Shown here: positions 44,296-53,536 of the stretch, one piece after another
Position numbering within the stretch: position 1 is the first letter of the stretch
How the letters are laid out: every line of letters starts with the position of its first letter
Translations under genes and position numbers: made by a program
Notes under the pieces: model-generated
What the model was told of the DNA's origin: nothing
The model's input: the letters and a program-made list of their open reading frames with translations, nothing else
Database searches by the model: none
IMG/VR virus record: IMGVR_UViG_3300032307_000369
Span: 1-64,000 of that record
Reading direction: 5' to 3' (one strand)
Length of the DNA: 64,000 nt

Positions 44296-46019
44296 AAAAA
44301 TTTCTAATATTTCTATTTTTTGTTTGTTCAAATTCTTTTGCGGCTATCACTGACGGCAAGTTTGGTATCAATCAAATATTTGATGTGCAATACTGGTGGA
44401 ATGGTACAACCCTAAACGCCAGTAATTTCATTGCTCCTTATGACAAAAACTTTCAAACTGTAACTGCTACTACGGGACAATACTTCCAATTTTTTAATAG
44501 TACAACTAATCCTGGCAAACACGGATTAAAACTAATGAATAGTAATGGCACACAGGCAAGAATTATACACGACTACGGCGACATAACTGCCTTAGGTAAC
44601 GGTGCTATTTTCTATATTGGTAGTGGATTTTTTGGTAATGTTATTTCTACAGCACAGGGTTATAACTACGGTGCTAGTGCATCATTCACTAACATGGACA
44701 CAAGTGTTACTAGTACTGATTTAAACAACTATACGTTTGCAAGTACAACTCCGTTGGCTGCTGGACAAACTGCGGCACCCGCTGGTCCTGCTCCTACTGC
44801 TATCTATATGAACAATGCTACTGTAAAAATTACACGAGCAATACCAACCACAAGCAATAGTCCACCAGGTGAAGGTCCTAACAATGCGTTTGATAATAAC
44901 TCTGGCACAAAGTACCTAAACTTTGATAAAAAAAATGCAGGCGTTACTGTGCAGTTAAACACAGGTCGAGTAGTAACTGGGTTCACAGTTACAACAGCCA
45001 ACGACTTTAGTGGACGTGATCCTACTAGTTATAAATTGTATGGTAGTAATGATGGATCAACTTGGGTGTTAATCAAACAAGACACTATCACATTAAGTGA
45101 CAATAGATTTACAACTAGTTCAGTTATTAATGTAGGCAATACTACAGCTTATGCATATTACTTTATGTTGTTTCCAACAACCAAAGCAGGTGATGGTTGT
45201 GGCTTAAATTGTGATAGTATGCAAATAGCTGAACTAACATATTACTATGATTCTAATAGTACAGTAACTAGTACAGCCACAAGCTCTACCATTGTTGACC
45301 CTGTAAATGGTGCTAGTCCTTCAGTACAAGGCGGTACCATAACACAATCAAATGCTCCTACTAACCAAATTATAGGAAGTGGTGGCGGCAGTGTTAATAT
45401 TACTGCTGGTCAACAAAGTCGTGTGAATAATTGGAACAAAGGTTTAAATCAAATCCCAAATAATTATTTGTATATTGATCAAGTAAGCGGCAACTTTAAT
45501 AATGTAACCATTACACAAACCACTACTACAGGCAAAAATAGAATAGAAGCAACACTGAGTGGCACTGGTAGTAACACTGTCAACGCCACACAATCTGGCA
45601 CCAACTACTTCAATTTGAATATTGGTGGTGCTAACAATAATATGACTAGCCAGCAGTCCAACAATAGTTCAACTAGTAACTATAAAGAAACTACAATTAC
45701 TGGTAATAATAATATTATCAATACTAACCAAAAAGACAATGCTAATCATTTGATGTTCACTACAGTAACAGGGAACAGTAACAATGTGAACGCAGTACAA
45801 GAAGGTACAGGCGGACATTATTTAGAAAATAAACTTACAGGAAATGGGCATACAGTTCTTGTAAATCAAAATGGAAACACTGCCAACAATGCTAGGATTG
45901 ATTTAACCAATAGCGGAGGTGCTGGCAGTGTGGATTTACAACAGTCTGGTGGGAAATCTTTTACTATTATTCAAAGCTGTACTAACCCAGCTGGGTGTAG
46001 CACAGTTGTAAGACAATAA
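44292..46019 (+). CDS. Curlin-repeat protein with internal discoidin (F5/8 type C)-like domain
   Basis: Signal peptide; NAFDNN..TKYL, TANDF..RDP..Y.LYGSNDG..W; C-terminal N/Q-rich curlin-like strands. Confidence 0.75.
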   Translation: MKKFLIFLFFVCSNSFAAITDGKFGINQIFDVQYWWNGTTLNASNFIAPYDKNFQTVTATTGQYFQFFNSTTNPGKHGLKLMNSNGTQARIIHDYGDITALGNGAIFYIGSGFFGNVISTAQGYNYGASASFTNMDTSVTSTDLNNYTFASTTPLAAGQTAAPAGPAPTAIYMNNATVKITRAIPTTSNSPPGEGPNNAFDNNSGTKYLNFDKKNAGVTVQLNTGRVVTGFTVTTANDFSGRDPTSYKLYGSNDGSTWVLIKQDTITLSDNRFTTSSVINVGNTTAYAYYFMLFPTTKAGDGCGLNCDSMQIAELTYYYDSNSTVTSTATSSTIVDPVNGASPSVQGGTITQSNAPTNQIIGSGGGSVNITAGQQSRVNNWNKGLNQIPNNYLYIDQVSGNFNNVTITQTTTTGKNRIEATLSGTGSNTVNATQSGTNYFNLNIGGANNNMTSQQSNNSSTSNYKETTITGNNNIINTNQKDNANHLMFTTVTGNSNNVNAVQEGTGGHYLENKLTGNGHTVLVNQNGNTANNARIDLTNSGGAGSVDLQQSGGKSFTIIQSCTNPAGCSTVVRQ

Positions 46020-46709
46020 TTAAGACTTAAACAAATATCGTTTATGTAAATGTAATCGAGCCTTGTTATACTGTACAAATGTTATAACAAGAGCAACTGC
46101 CCAAGGCACAATAGCCGCGGCCCATGGAACAAGTCCTGCCCACCATGCAGCCATCAATGGTTCTTTCATTAGCATTAACATAGCAACAGCAAACAGTACA
46201 AACGAGCCTACAAATACTGTGTCAGGCCAACGCTGTAAAATCTTGCTGACCATAGTAGCACCAAACAAAATAATTGGCACTGAGATTAATAGTCCAGCAA
46301 TAATAAGAACAAAGTTTCCGTTAGCGGCTGCGGCAATACCTAGTGCATTGTCTATACCCATAACAGCGTCAGCAACTACAATAGTTGAAATTGCACCCCA
46401 GAATGTGTCCTTGGCTTCAATGTTGTGTTCACCGTGGTCAAACACTAGTTTCCAACCAATCCATATCAATGCGGCAGCACCTATAGCACGTAAGCCTGGA
46501 ATCATCAGTAGGTACGTTAATGCCGCAACACTTACAAAACGTATAGCGATAGCACCAAAGGTACCCCAAAAGATTGCCTTCTTGCGTAAGTGATCTGGTA
46601 ATTTATTAGCCGCCATTCCAATAACAAGAGCGTTATCACCAGCTAATACAATATCTATCAAAATGATAGCTAAAAAAGCCCAAAGGGCTTGAAGCGTAAA
46701 GAGTTCCAT
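46020..46709 (-). CDS. TerC/YjbE family membrane protein
   Basis: IDIVLAGDNALVIGMAA, AI..IVVADAVMGIDNALGIA. Confidence 0.92.
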   Translation of the reverse strand: MELFTLQALWAFLAIILIDIVLAGDNALVIGMAANKLPDHLRKKAIFWGTFGAIAIRFVSVAALTYLLMIPGLRAIGAAALIWIGWKLVFDHGEHNIEAKDTFWGAISTIVVADAVMGIDNALGIAAAANGNFVLIIAGLLISVPIILFGATMVSKILQRWPDTVFVGSFVLFAVAMLMLMKEPLMAAWWAGLVPWAAAIVPWAVALVITFVQYNKARLHLHKRYLFKS

Positions 46710-46835
46710 ACTTTTCCTTGAAATTTATGGTCTCACTTCTTTGTCTATATACCGGGCTTTCTAGCCGTGTTGACGATATATAAAGCCAACCCATGTCGGC
46801 TAGTTACTCCCCAAAAATATTTAGTTAAATACATG

Positions 46836-47372
46836 ATGCGAGCAAAAGAATTTATACTAGAAGCAGAAGCCAGTGATACTGAGTTAAAACAACGTTGGGG
46901 TGACTTTTCTCCAGAAGACAAGCCTATGCTTCCACAAACACGAGTTGGAGGTGCTCCTGCACCCACACTATGGACAGCATACAGTGTTATCCAAAACATT
47001 TTAGGTCGAAATCGAGTAACTGATGACGATGACGAACTAGAGCCTGGAATGTACTATGTTTATCAAAGTAATGAATCTCCAATGTTTAAGGATACCGGAG
47101 ACGGAGTTGGTAGTATAAATTTACCTAATTTAGATAGCACTGCGGCACGTGACGTTGCCACGGCAGCACACGAAGCTTACCATGCTTATGTACACAATAA
47201 GAGTCAGGGTGGCTTTGCTCATGCTAACGAAAAAATTATTAACAACCTAGCAGAAAAATGGTTAAGAAATCATTTATCTGGACCAGCTTTACATGTCGCA
47301 CTTGAAACAATAGTGGGCAGTAAAATTAGTTATGGTCCAAACCATATGCCTAAACCAGGAACTAAAAAATGA
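46836..47372 (+). CDS. Late protein with HExxH motif; possible head-packaged protein
   Basis: TTAAATA immediately upstream; MRAKEFILE N-terminus; AAHEAYH; start reset from 46767. Confidence 0.6.
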   Translation: MRAKEFILEAEASDTELKQRWGDFSPEDKPMLPQTRVGGAPAPTLWTAYSVIQNILGRNRVTDDDDELEPGMYYVYQSNESPMFKDTGDGVGSINLPNLDSTAARDVATAAHEAYHAYVHNKSQGGFAHANEKIINNLAEKWLRNHLSGPALHVALETIVGSKISYGPNHMPKPGTKK

Positions 47373-49414
47373 ATATTAAAAAAATATTATTAAGCCCTTG
47401 GACTGCCTTACTAACTCTAGCATTAGTAGTAGGTATACGTATAGCAGATCCTACATTTGTTGAAAGTGTAAGACTACGCTACTTTGACACGTTAATTACT
47501 GCCAAAGAACCAACTTTTAACAACATCGTAACTGTAAATATTGATGAAGCGAGTTTAGACAAATATGGACAATGGCCGTTGCCTCGTGCTGAGTATTCCC
47601 GACTTGTACGAGATTTATATCAGAGGGGAGCAGGGCTTGTTGTACTTAATGTGCTCATGCCAGAACCAGACCGTACAGGTGGCGACAATTCGCTGGGTCA
47701 AACTTTAAAAGAATTTCCTGTAGTACTAGGGTCAGTACCTAGTAATAAAACAAAAAATACACCAAGAGTTCCAGGCAGTGCAGTGCTAGGGCCAGAACAT
47801 TTAGATCAAATTATTCAATATCCTGGACTTATAGCCAACGTTCCGCAGTTAGAAAACTCAGCGGCTGGTGTAGGAATAGTATCAACACTACCTGAAGTAG
47901 ACGGTGTTAATCGTAGACTACCTCTTATCGTTACTGTTGACGGTAAACTTTATCCAAGCATAGCTATGGAAACACTCCGCGTTGCGGCTGGCGATAGCAC
48001 TTTTCAAGTAAAACTATTTGAAGGTGGTGTTGAAAAAATGCGTATACCTACATTTGGTCCTGTTACTACAGACAACTTAGGTCGTATATGGATTGATTGG
48101 AGCCAACAAAATCGTAGCTTCAGTTTAACCACATTACCAAAAGATTTAGAGGGAGCCATTGTTATTGTTGGTCCAACGGCTGCTGGCATTGGTAATCCAG
48201 TACCAACAAGTAAGGGCGCAGTATGGCCACATGAAGTACAAGCCGCAGTTATAGGCACTATGGTAAACGGTGTTGTTATTCAACGTCCTGATTATGCAGA
48301 CGGTGCTGAAATTATAGCGTTGTTGGCTTTTGGTTTACTATTAATTTTATTGTCAAGGTGGACTTATGTTGGAATTATTTCTACTGTGGTTATTATTGGT
48401 GCCGTCGTTCCTGGTACTTTCTACGCTTTCAATAATTGGCTCATCTTGGGAGACGCGACTGCGATCTCGTTTGGCCTTATTATCATTGCTCTTCATACTT
48501 ACGGCGTTAAGTTTGTAAGTGAGTTCTTACAGAAACAGGCAATTAAGAAACAGTTTGAAGGATATGCAAGTCCTACAGTAGTTAAACTGTTACAGGAAAA
48601 TCCAGACATCATCAAGAACGGAACAAAGCGTGAAGTTTCTATTGTATTTTCAGACTTACGTGGCTTCACACCCTTAGGTGAAAGTTTTGGTGATGATGTT
48701 AAAGGTCTAACAGAAGTTATGAATGGCTACATGGATGCTATCACACAACCTGTACTAGATGCAGATGGCATGATTATCAAGTATATTGGTGATGCAAGTA
48801 TGCACATACACAATGCTCCTATTGATGATCCGCATCATGCTAAAACAGCCGTGGCTACAGGACTTAAGATGTTAAAGGCTGTTAAACAGTTTAGTATTGA
48901 GTTGGAAGCTAAAGGTCGTCCAGGTGTTAAGATGGGTGCTGGCATCAATACTGGACTAGGCTATATTGGCGAAATGGGTTCAACCAAGCGTCATTCATAT
49001 GATGTCTTAGGTGATGCAGTGTCAACTGCCGCACGTATTGAAAGCAAATGTAAAGAGTACGGCTGTGTATTACTGGTTGGGGGTGCTACTGTAGAACAAT
49101 GCGGTGATGATTTCTTCTTCTTAAAAGTAGACGACCTAGCTGTTAAGGGTAAGAGTGTTGGGGTTGCTATCTATACAGTGTTAGATGATGTCACTGCTGA
49201 ATATCATGTGGCTAAAAAGATACATGATGCCATGCATAGTGCGTATAGATCACAAAAATTTAGCACAGCTATCAATATGTGCAAACAACTTAGAGATCAA
49301 TTTGACGGAAGATTGAGCGGCTACTACGATATGTGGATAGAACGCTGTGAGTTTCAGTTAACACAAACGTTACCAAAAGATTGGAACGGCGTGTTTATAG
49401 CAACTTCAAAATAA
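47369..49414 (+). CDS. CHASE2-domain class III adenylate cyclase
   Basis: IDE.SL..YGQWP.PR, CHASE2 plus 3 TM; VFSDLRGFT, KYIGDA, YDVLGDAVSTAARIE. Confidence 0.93.
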   Translation: MNIKKILLSPWTALLTLALVVGIRIADPTFVESVRLRYFDTLITAKEPTFNNIVTVNIDEASLDKYGQWPLPRAEYSRLVRDLYQRGAGLVVLNVLMPEPDRTGGDNSLGQTLKEFPVVLGSVPSNKTKNTPRVPGSAVLGPEHLDQIIQYPGLIANVPQLENSAAGVGIVSTLPEVDGVNRRLPLIVTVDGKLYPSIAMETLRVAAGDSTFQVKLFEGGVEKMRIPTFGPVTTDNLGRIWIDWSQQNRSFSLTTLPKDLEGAIVIVGPTAAGIGNPVPTSKGAVWPHEVQAAVIGTMVNGVVIQRPDYADGAEIIALLAFGLLLILLSRWTYVGIISTVVIIGAVVPGTFYAFNNWLILGDATAISFGLIIIALHTYGVKFVSEFLQKQAIKKQFEGYASPTVVKLLQENPDIIKNGTKREVSIVFSDLRGFTPLGESFGDDVKGLTEVMNGYMDAITQPVLDADGMIIKYIGDASMHIHNAPIDDPHHAKTAVATGLKMLKAVKQFSIELEAKGRPGVKMGAGINTGLGYIGEMGSTKRHSYDVLGDAVSTAARIESKCKEYGCVLLVGGATVEQCGDDFFFLKVDDLAVKGKSVGVAIYTVLDDVTAEYHVAKKIHDAMHSAYRSQKFSTAINMCKQLRDQFDGRLSGYYDMWIERCEFQLTQTLPKDWNGVFIATSK

Positions 49415-49816
49415 TTAACCTTCTCCTGCTGCCGCAGTTTTTACGTCATCAGGATCAATATCATCTCTACGTTTGATTGTTTTAGGTTGCTCTTTCTTAT
49501 CAGCATGTGTTACGGCTTCGTTAAACTTTTCAGCGGCTTCACGCTCAACTTTAACACCTTCCATAACACGTTCTGATTCGATCATCTTACCGCGTAAGTG
49601 CAACACAGTATTGACCTTTTGATTCAAACGAATCAAGTCGTTATCCAACATACGAATACGGTCTATAAGAGCAATAAGAACTGTGTTGGCTTCTGAGATA
49701 ACTGGCTTGACTTCTTTTGTTGACCATTCCCATACATACTTAATAATGTAGCCCATTCCAACTGCCATGACAATTGGAAAGCCATATTTGTTTACTAATT
49801 CTACTATCTCAGTCAT
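49415..49816 (-). CDS. YvrJ/BhlA-like TM coiled-coil protein
   Basis: LVNKYGFPIV..GY; paralog of 50178-50459. Confidence 0.65.
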   Translation of the reverse strand: MTEIVELVNKYGFPIVMAVGMGYIIKYVWEWSTKEVKPVISEANTVLIALIDRIRMLDNDLIRLNQKVNTVLHLRGKMIESERVMEGVKVEREAAEKFNEAVTHADKKEQPKTIKRRDDIDPDDVKTAAAGEG

Positions 49817-49830
49817 TTATTTCTCCTTGT

Positions 49831-49989
49831 TCAAACAGCAAGACCAATTAAAAATCCTATTAATGCGCCAAACAATCCTGCTCTCCACATGTCACTATCG
49901 TACCAAATAGCCTTTGGCTGATCAATCCAACGCTGTATATGCTCTGGTTGAGCTTCGTACCACACGTCCCATTTATTCTTTTTGAACAT
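49831..49989 (-). CDS. 52-aa membrane peptide (MFKKNKWDVWYEAQPEH...)
   Basis: Translated by hand; C-terminal TM helix. Confidence 0.55.
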   Translation of the reverse strand: MFKKNKWDVWYEAQPEHIQRWIDQPKAIWYDSDMWRAGLFGALIGFLIGLAV

Positions 49990-50170
49990 TTGGTTTATAT
50001 CCTCTAGTAAATGCTTCTATTGGTTCTATTTTTTGTAATATCTGTCTACCATTAATATTAACAAATCTAAACAGATCCCCATTTTTCCAACCTAACCTAT
50101 CACTATTAAATTCTTCATCAAGGATTATTCCATTTGAAGAACAATCCCAATTATAATCAATGTACAACAT
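49973..50170 (-). CDS. Hypothetical phage protein
   Basis: ORF track; IILDEE.....LGWK.GD.F pattern. Confidence 0.6.
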   Translation of the reverse strand: MLYIDYNWDCSSNGIILDEEFNSDRLGWKNGDLFRFVNINGRQILQKIEPIEAFTRGYKPNVQKE

Positions 50171-50177
50171 TTACTGC

Positions 50178-50459
50178 TTAATCCCTTCTAGCATCATTCT
50201 TACCGTCTGCTCGACTAATACGCTCCACATCTGGTTTCAAACCCAATGCATTACTTACCACAGTGTCAATACGGATAACGTCATGGTTCATGGTTTTAAC
50301 ACGATTGTCCAAAGCTACAATAATTCCAGCCATACCTTTGATACTGCCCAAAACACCCTGCAATAGTAGTTTGATTGTCAAGTACACAAAGTATCCGCCT
50401 GCAAAAGCAACTGCAATTGGGAACCCTAGATCACCAATTATTTTAAAAATTTCGTTCAT
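50178..50459 (-). CDS. YvrJ/BhlA-like TM coiled-coil protein
   Basis: IIGDLGFPIA..GYF; paralog of 49415-49816. Confidence 0.65.
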   Translation of the reverse strand: MNEIFKIIGDLGFPIAVAFAGGYFVYLTIKLLLQGVLGSIKGMAGIIVALDNRVKTMNHDVIRIDTVVSNALGLKPDVERISRADGKNDARRD

Positions 50460-50496
50460 AAAAGCTCCATTTTTTACTATATCCGTATTTATGGTG

Positions 50497-50525
50497 TTGA
50501 CAAATATATCATTAGAGCTTATAAT
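50497..50525 (+). promoter_or_regulatory. Consensus sigma70 promoter, predicted leaderless transcript
   Basis: TTGACA-N17-TATAAT; ATG 7 nt after the -10. Confidence 0.75.
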
Positions 50526-50531
50526 ACATAC

Positions 50532-50771
50532 ATGAACACTATTGATAAAGCACTAATTGAGCTGAAATGTCAAATTTTGGACATTTTGTTTGTTAAACGA
50601 CTCCAGGGTAAAACTGAGATTCCTGTACAAGAACTTCTTGAAGAATTAGGAATGGATGAAGATACCAATCTAACCGGGCTTGATCCGCAAGATACTATCG
50701 AACTAAACAGTAAGACACTTGATGATGTGGAACAGGCAAAGCGTAAAATTCGCTCGTCTATGTTCCATTAA
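50532..50771 (+). CDS. Hypothetical protein
   Basis: ORF starting at the predicted TSS. Confidence 0.6.
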   Translation: MNTIDKALIELKCQILDILFVKRLQGKTEIPVQELLEELGMDEDTNLTGLDPQDTIELNSKTLDDVEQAKRKIRSSMFH

Positions 50772-50780
50772 ATAGTATAC

Positions 50781-50855
50781 CTGGCGATAGTTCAACGGAT
50801 AGAACAGTAGCCTTCTAAGCTATTAATCCAGGTTCGATTCCTGGTCGCCGGACCA
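50781..50855 (+). tRNA. tRNA-Arg(TCT), second copy
   Basis: CTGGCGA/TCGCCGG, anticodon arm GTAGC-ctTCTaa-GCTAT, CCA. Confidence 0.94.
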
Positions 50856-50872
50856 CTTTTAGAAAGTTTGCT

Positions 50873-51706
50873 ATGAAAATTAACCTAGTCAGTGACATGC
50901 ACATCAACTTTCAAGATATTAACTTGCCAGGTGGTGATGTGCTCATTATGGCTGGTGATATCATGGAAGCTGGGCATCTACGTCTTGCTGACAATGCTAA
51001 AAAGAATACTTTTATTGCAGACCGGTACCGTAGATTCATCAATGAAGAATTAATCAAATACCGTCATGTGATCTACGTTGCGGGTAATCACGAACATTAT
51101 AGTAACAGCTATGACGATACTCACGATAGACTAAAACGTGAATTGCCTGACAACGTGCATTTTTTAGAAGCAGAATCAATCAAGATTGATGATGTATGGT
51201 TCTTTGGTGGCACGTTTTGGACTGACATGAACAAGGGTGATCCTATTACTGCCAGTGTGTTAAAACAAAACATGGCTGACTTCAGTGGGTCTATCAAATT
51301 TGGTAATAGTATTCGTGTTGATACCATGTACGGTGATAGTTTTTACACCAGTAAATTCACTCCAGCGTATGCCAAGGGCGTGTTTCACGAAACAATGGAA
51401 AAATTGAAAACTTTTTTAGAAGCTCACCCTGATGAAAAAGTTGTTGTAGTAAGTCATCATGCACCAACAGAGTTGAGTGTTAATGAATACTACAAAAATG
51501 AATTCCATATGAATGGTGGATACCATAGTCGATTGGGTGATTTTATTTTAGATCATCCTAATATCAAAGTATGGTGCCATGGTCACATGCACGATCCGGT
51601 TGATTACACTATAGGCACAACTCGTGTGCTGAGTAACCCACGTGGTTATAAAGGATATGAGCAACAAGCTGAAGTGTTTGATCCTAATTTTAGTTTTGAC
51701 GTATAA
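50873..51706 (+). CDS. Calcineurin-like metallophosphoesterase
   Basis: SDMH, AGD, GNHE, SHHAP, HGHMH. Confidence 0.9.
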   Translation: MKINLVSDMHINFQDINLPGGDVLIMAGDIMEAGHLRLADNAKKNTFIADRYRRFINEELIKYRHVIYVAGNHEHYSNSYDDTHDRLKRELPDNVHFLEAESIKIDDVWFFGGTFWTDMNKGDPITASVLKQNMADFSGSIKFGNSIRVDTMYGDSFYTSKFTPAYAKGVFHETMEKLKTFLEAHPDEKVVVVSHHAPTELSVNEYYKNEFHMNGGYHSRLGDFILDHPNIKVWCHGHMHDPVDYTIGTTRVLSNPRGYKGYEQQAEVFDPNFSFDV

Positions 51707-51717
51707 GGACAACAGAC

Positions 51718-52347
51718 ATGGGATTTGTTTGTGATGGAGATTTATCTAAGATATTTGGACGCATTGACAAAAAACTGTCTGTTGTGCATGATAAAGACAA
51801 GTCGTTAGTTAAACTACTTGATCTTGACATTGAACAAGGACCGTGGCTTGCTGGCGGAGCCGTACTCACATGGCTCAGTGGACATCCTGTTGGAGACAGT
51901 GACTTTGATATCTTTTTCAAAGACTTGCGACAGTTTGATGAAATGTTTGGCAGGCTCATGCGCAATCATGCTAGTATTATCTATACCAGTGAAAACGCAT
52001 TAACTCTACATCTTACCATTGATGATGAACTCAAACGCATACAATTAATTCGAAAGAGTTATTTTGATTCTGCAAAAGATGTAATTGATCATTTTGATTT
52101 TACAATTTGTCAATTGGTCACTGATGGATACCAAGTAATTGGTGCTGATCATACCTTTGAACATTTAAAAGAAAAAAGAATTGTCAGTGTAGGTCCAGCA
52201 AAGCGGTCTGTGGTAAAACGAATTGTCAAATACGTTAGTTATGGGTATACCGTTGATCAAAATTTGATGCAGTCTATTCTTGACAACCCAGATGATTATG
52301 ACTGGTCGTTTAATAACATAGATGAAAATTATGAAAACGCATTCTAA
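51718..52347 (+). CDS. Nucleotidyltransferase, CCA/poly(A)-polymerase head-like
   Basis: LAGGAV.......DSDFDIFF, FDFTIC. Confidence 0.65.
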   Translation: MGFVCDGDLSKIFGRIDKKLSVVHDKDKSLVKLLDLDIEQGPWLAGGAVLTWLSGHPVGDSDFDIFFKDLRQFDEMFGRLMRNHASIIYTSENALTLHLTIDDELKRIQLIRKSYFDSAKDVIDHFDFTICQLVTDGYQVIGADHTFEHLKEKRIVSVGPAKRSVVKRIVKYVSYGYTVDQNLMQSILDNPDDYDWSFNNIDENYENAF

Positions 52348-52714
52348 GTATCATGGTTGGAGTTTACTAGACCCACGTCCAGTATTTTACCTAGACGAAA
52401 CAACTCACACTGAATTGTGTGTATGGAACGGTATATACATGACCAAAAAACAAGCTATGTTGATTGCGTGTGAAAAATACTTGTCAATTTGGCCTACCCC
52501 AACTATGAAAAATCGTAGCTATCAAGAGTTCATTACTGCATATTTTAGTAATGCGTTTGGTCACAGAGAGTGGGATGGCATTATTTCTAGATTGAACAAC
52601 GGACAAGATCACTACAATTTGCTAGTTAAGATGCTAAAACCGCATACTCAAAAGATGCCGGCATATTCCGGACCAGAAGTTTTGTCTTGGTTTAACCTAC
52701 ACAAACAAAAATAG
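52322..52714 (+). CDS. Hypothetical protein
   Basis: ORF; start may be ATG 52331. Confidence 0.6.
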   Translation: MKIMKTHSKYHGWSLLDPRPVFYLDETTHTELCVWNGIYMTKKQAMLIACEKYLSIWPTPTMKNRSYQEFITAYFSNAFGHREWDGIISRLNNGQDHYNLLVKMLKPHTQKMPAYSGPEVLSWFNLHKQK

Positions 52715-52722
52715 GCTATATT

Positions 52723-52941
52723 ATGACTCGTTATACAGCAGAAGTTAAATACGACAAAGACACAGACGAACATTATTTGCAGTTTGATCCAGAAGTTCTA
52801 TCTCAAATGGGATGGGATTTTGGTGATACTATAATTTGGAAGGATAATAACGATGGGTCATTCACGCTTACGAAAAAAGTGGATAACCAACCCAGTGACC
52901 AGACTTCAAATGTTCCAGTTAATGGAGCCGCTGAAGAGTAA
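52723..52941 (+). CDS. AbrB/MazE-like swapped-hairpin small protein
   Basis: L.F..E.L.QMGW..GD.I.W......F.L pattern. Confidence 0.6.
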   Translation: MTRYTAEVKYDKDTDEHYLQFDPEVLSQMGWDFGDTIIWKDNNDGSFTLTKKVDNQPSDQTSNVPVNGAAEE

Positions 52942-53536
52942 ACTACTAGGTTTCCCTTTATACAAAGAAGAAATCAGTGCCGTAATTGGTGAATTACTTA
53001 GTACTAAATTTAGAGCTGATATCATACAAGCTGAAGCAAGCCAAGTAGATATAGGTGATGTAAACGTGAGTGCCTGTTATGATCCAGAATTGGACAGTAT
53101 GGATCGACCTTGTATTGAAATAGTATTAGTTTATAATCCTTACGATACATTTTTAATTTTTGATCAAGAATTATTTTCCACATTGACCAAAAGACTCTGT
53201 GATGCACTATCACATGAACAAATTCATCAACAACAGCACAGATCTAGATTTTGGGAAGATGTGGATTATGATGACCCTGATGACGATGAAGCATATTTGG
53301 CTAACAAAGATGAAATTGATGCATACAGTCATAACATTGCCAATGAACTTTTGGACTTCGCAGACCTAAATCAGGTCTTGACATTAATACAATATCCAAG
53401 TAAAATAAAGATTGAACACAGCGTAAACCTTTGGGTTTACATGCAAACATTTAACAACGATACAAATCATCCAGTAATCAAAAGATTACTAAAAAAAGTT
53501 ACTAAAATTCTACCTAAGGTAGTTTTACAAAGATAA
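52910..53536 (+). CDS. Hypothetical protein with HExxH motif
   Basis: ALSHEQIH, YL...DEIDAY; start reset to ATG 52910. Confidence 0.6.
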   Translation: MFQLMEPLKSKLLGFPLYKEEISAVIGELLSTKFRADIIQAEASQVDIGDVNVSACYDPELDSMDRPCIEIVLVYNPYDTFLIFDQELFSTLTKRLCDALSHEQIHQQQHRSRFWEDVDYDDPDDDEAYLANKDEIDAYSHNIANELLDFADLNQVLTLIQYPSKIKIEHSVNLWVYMQTFNNDTNHPVIKRLLKKVTKILPKVVLQR

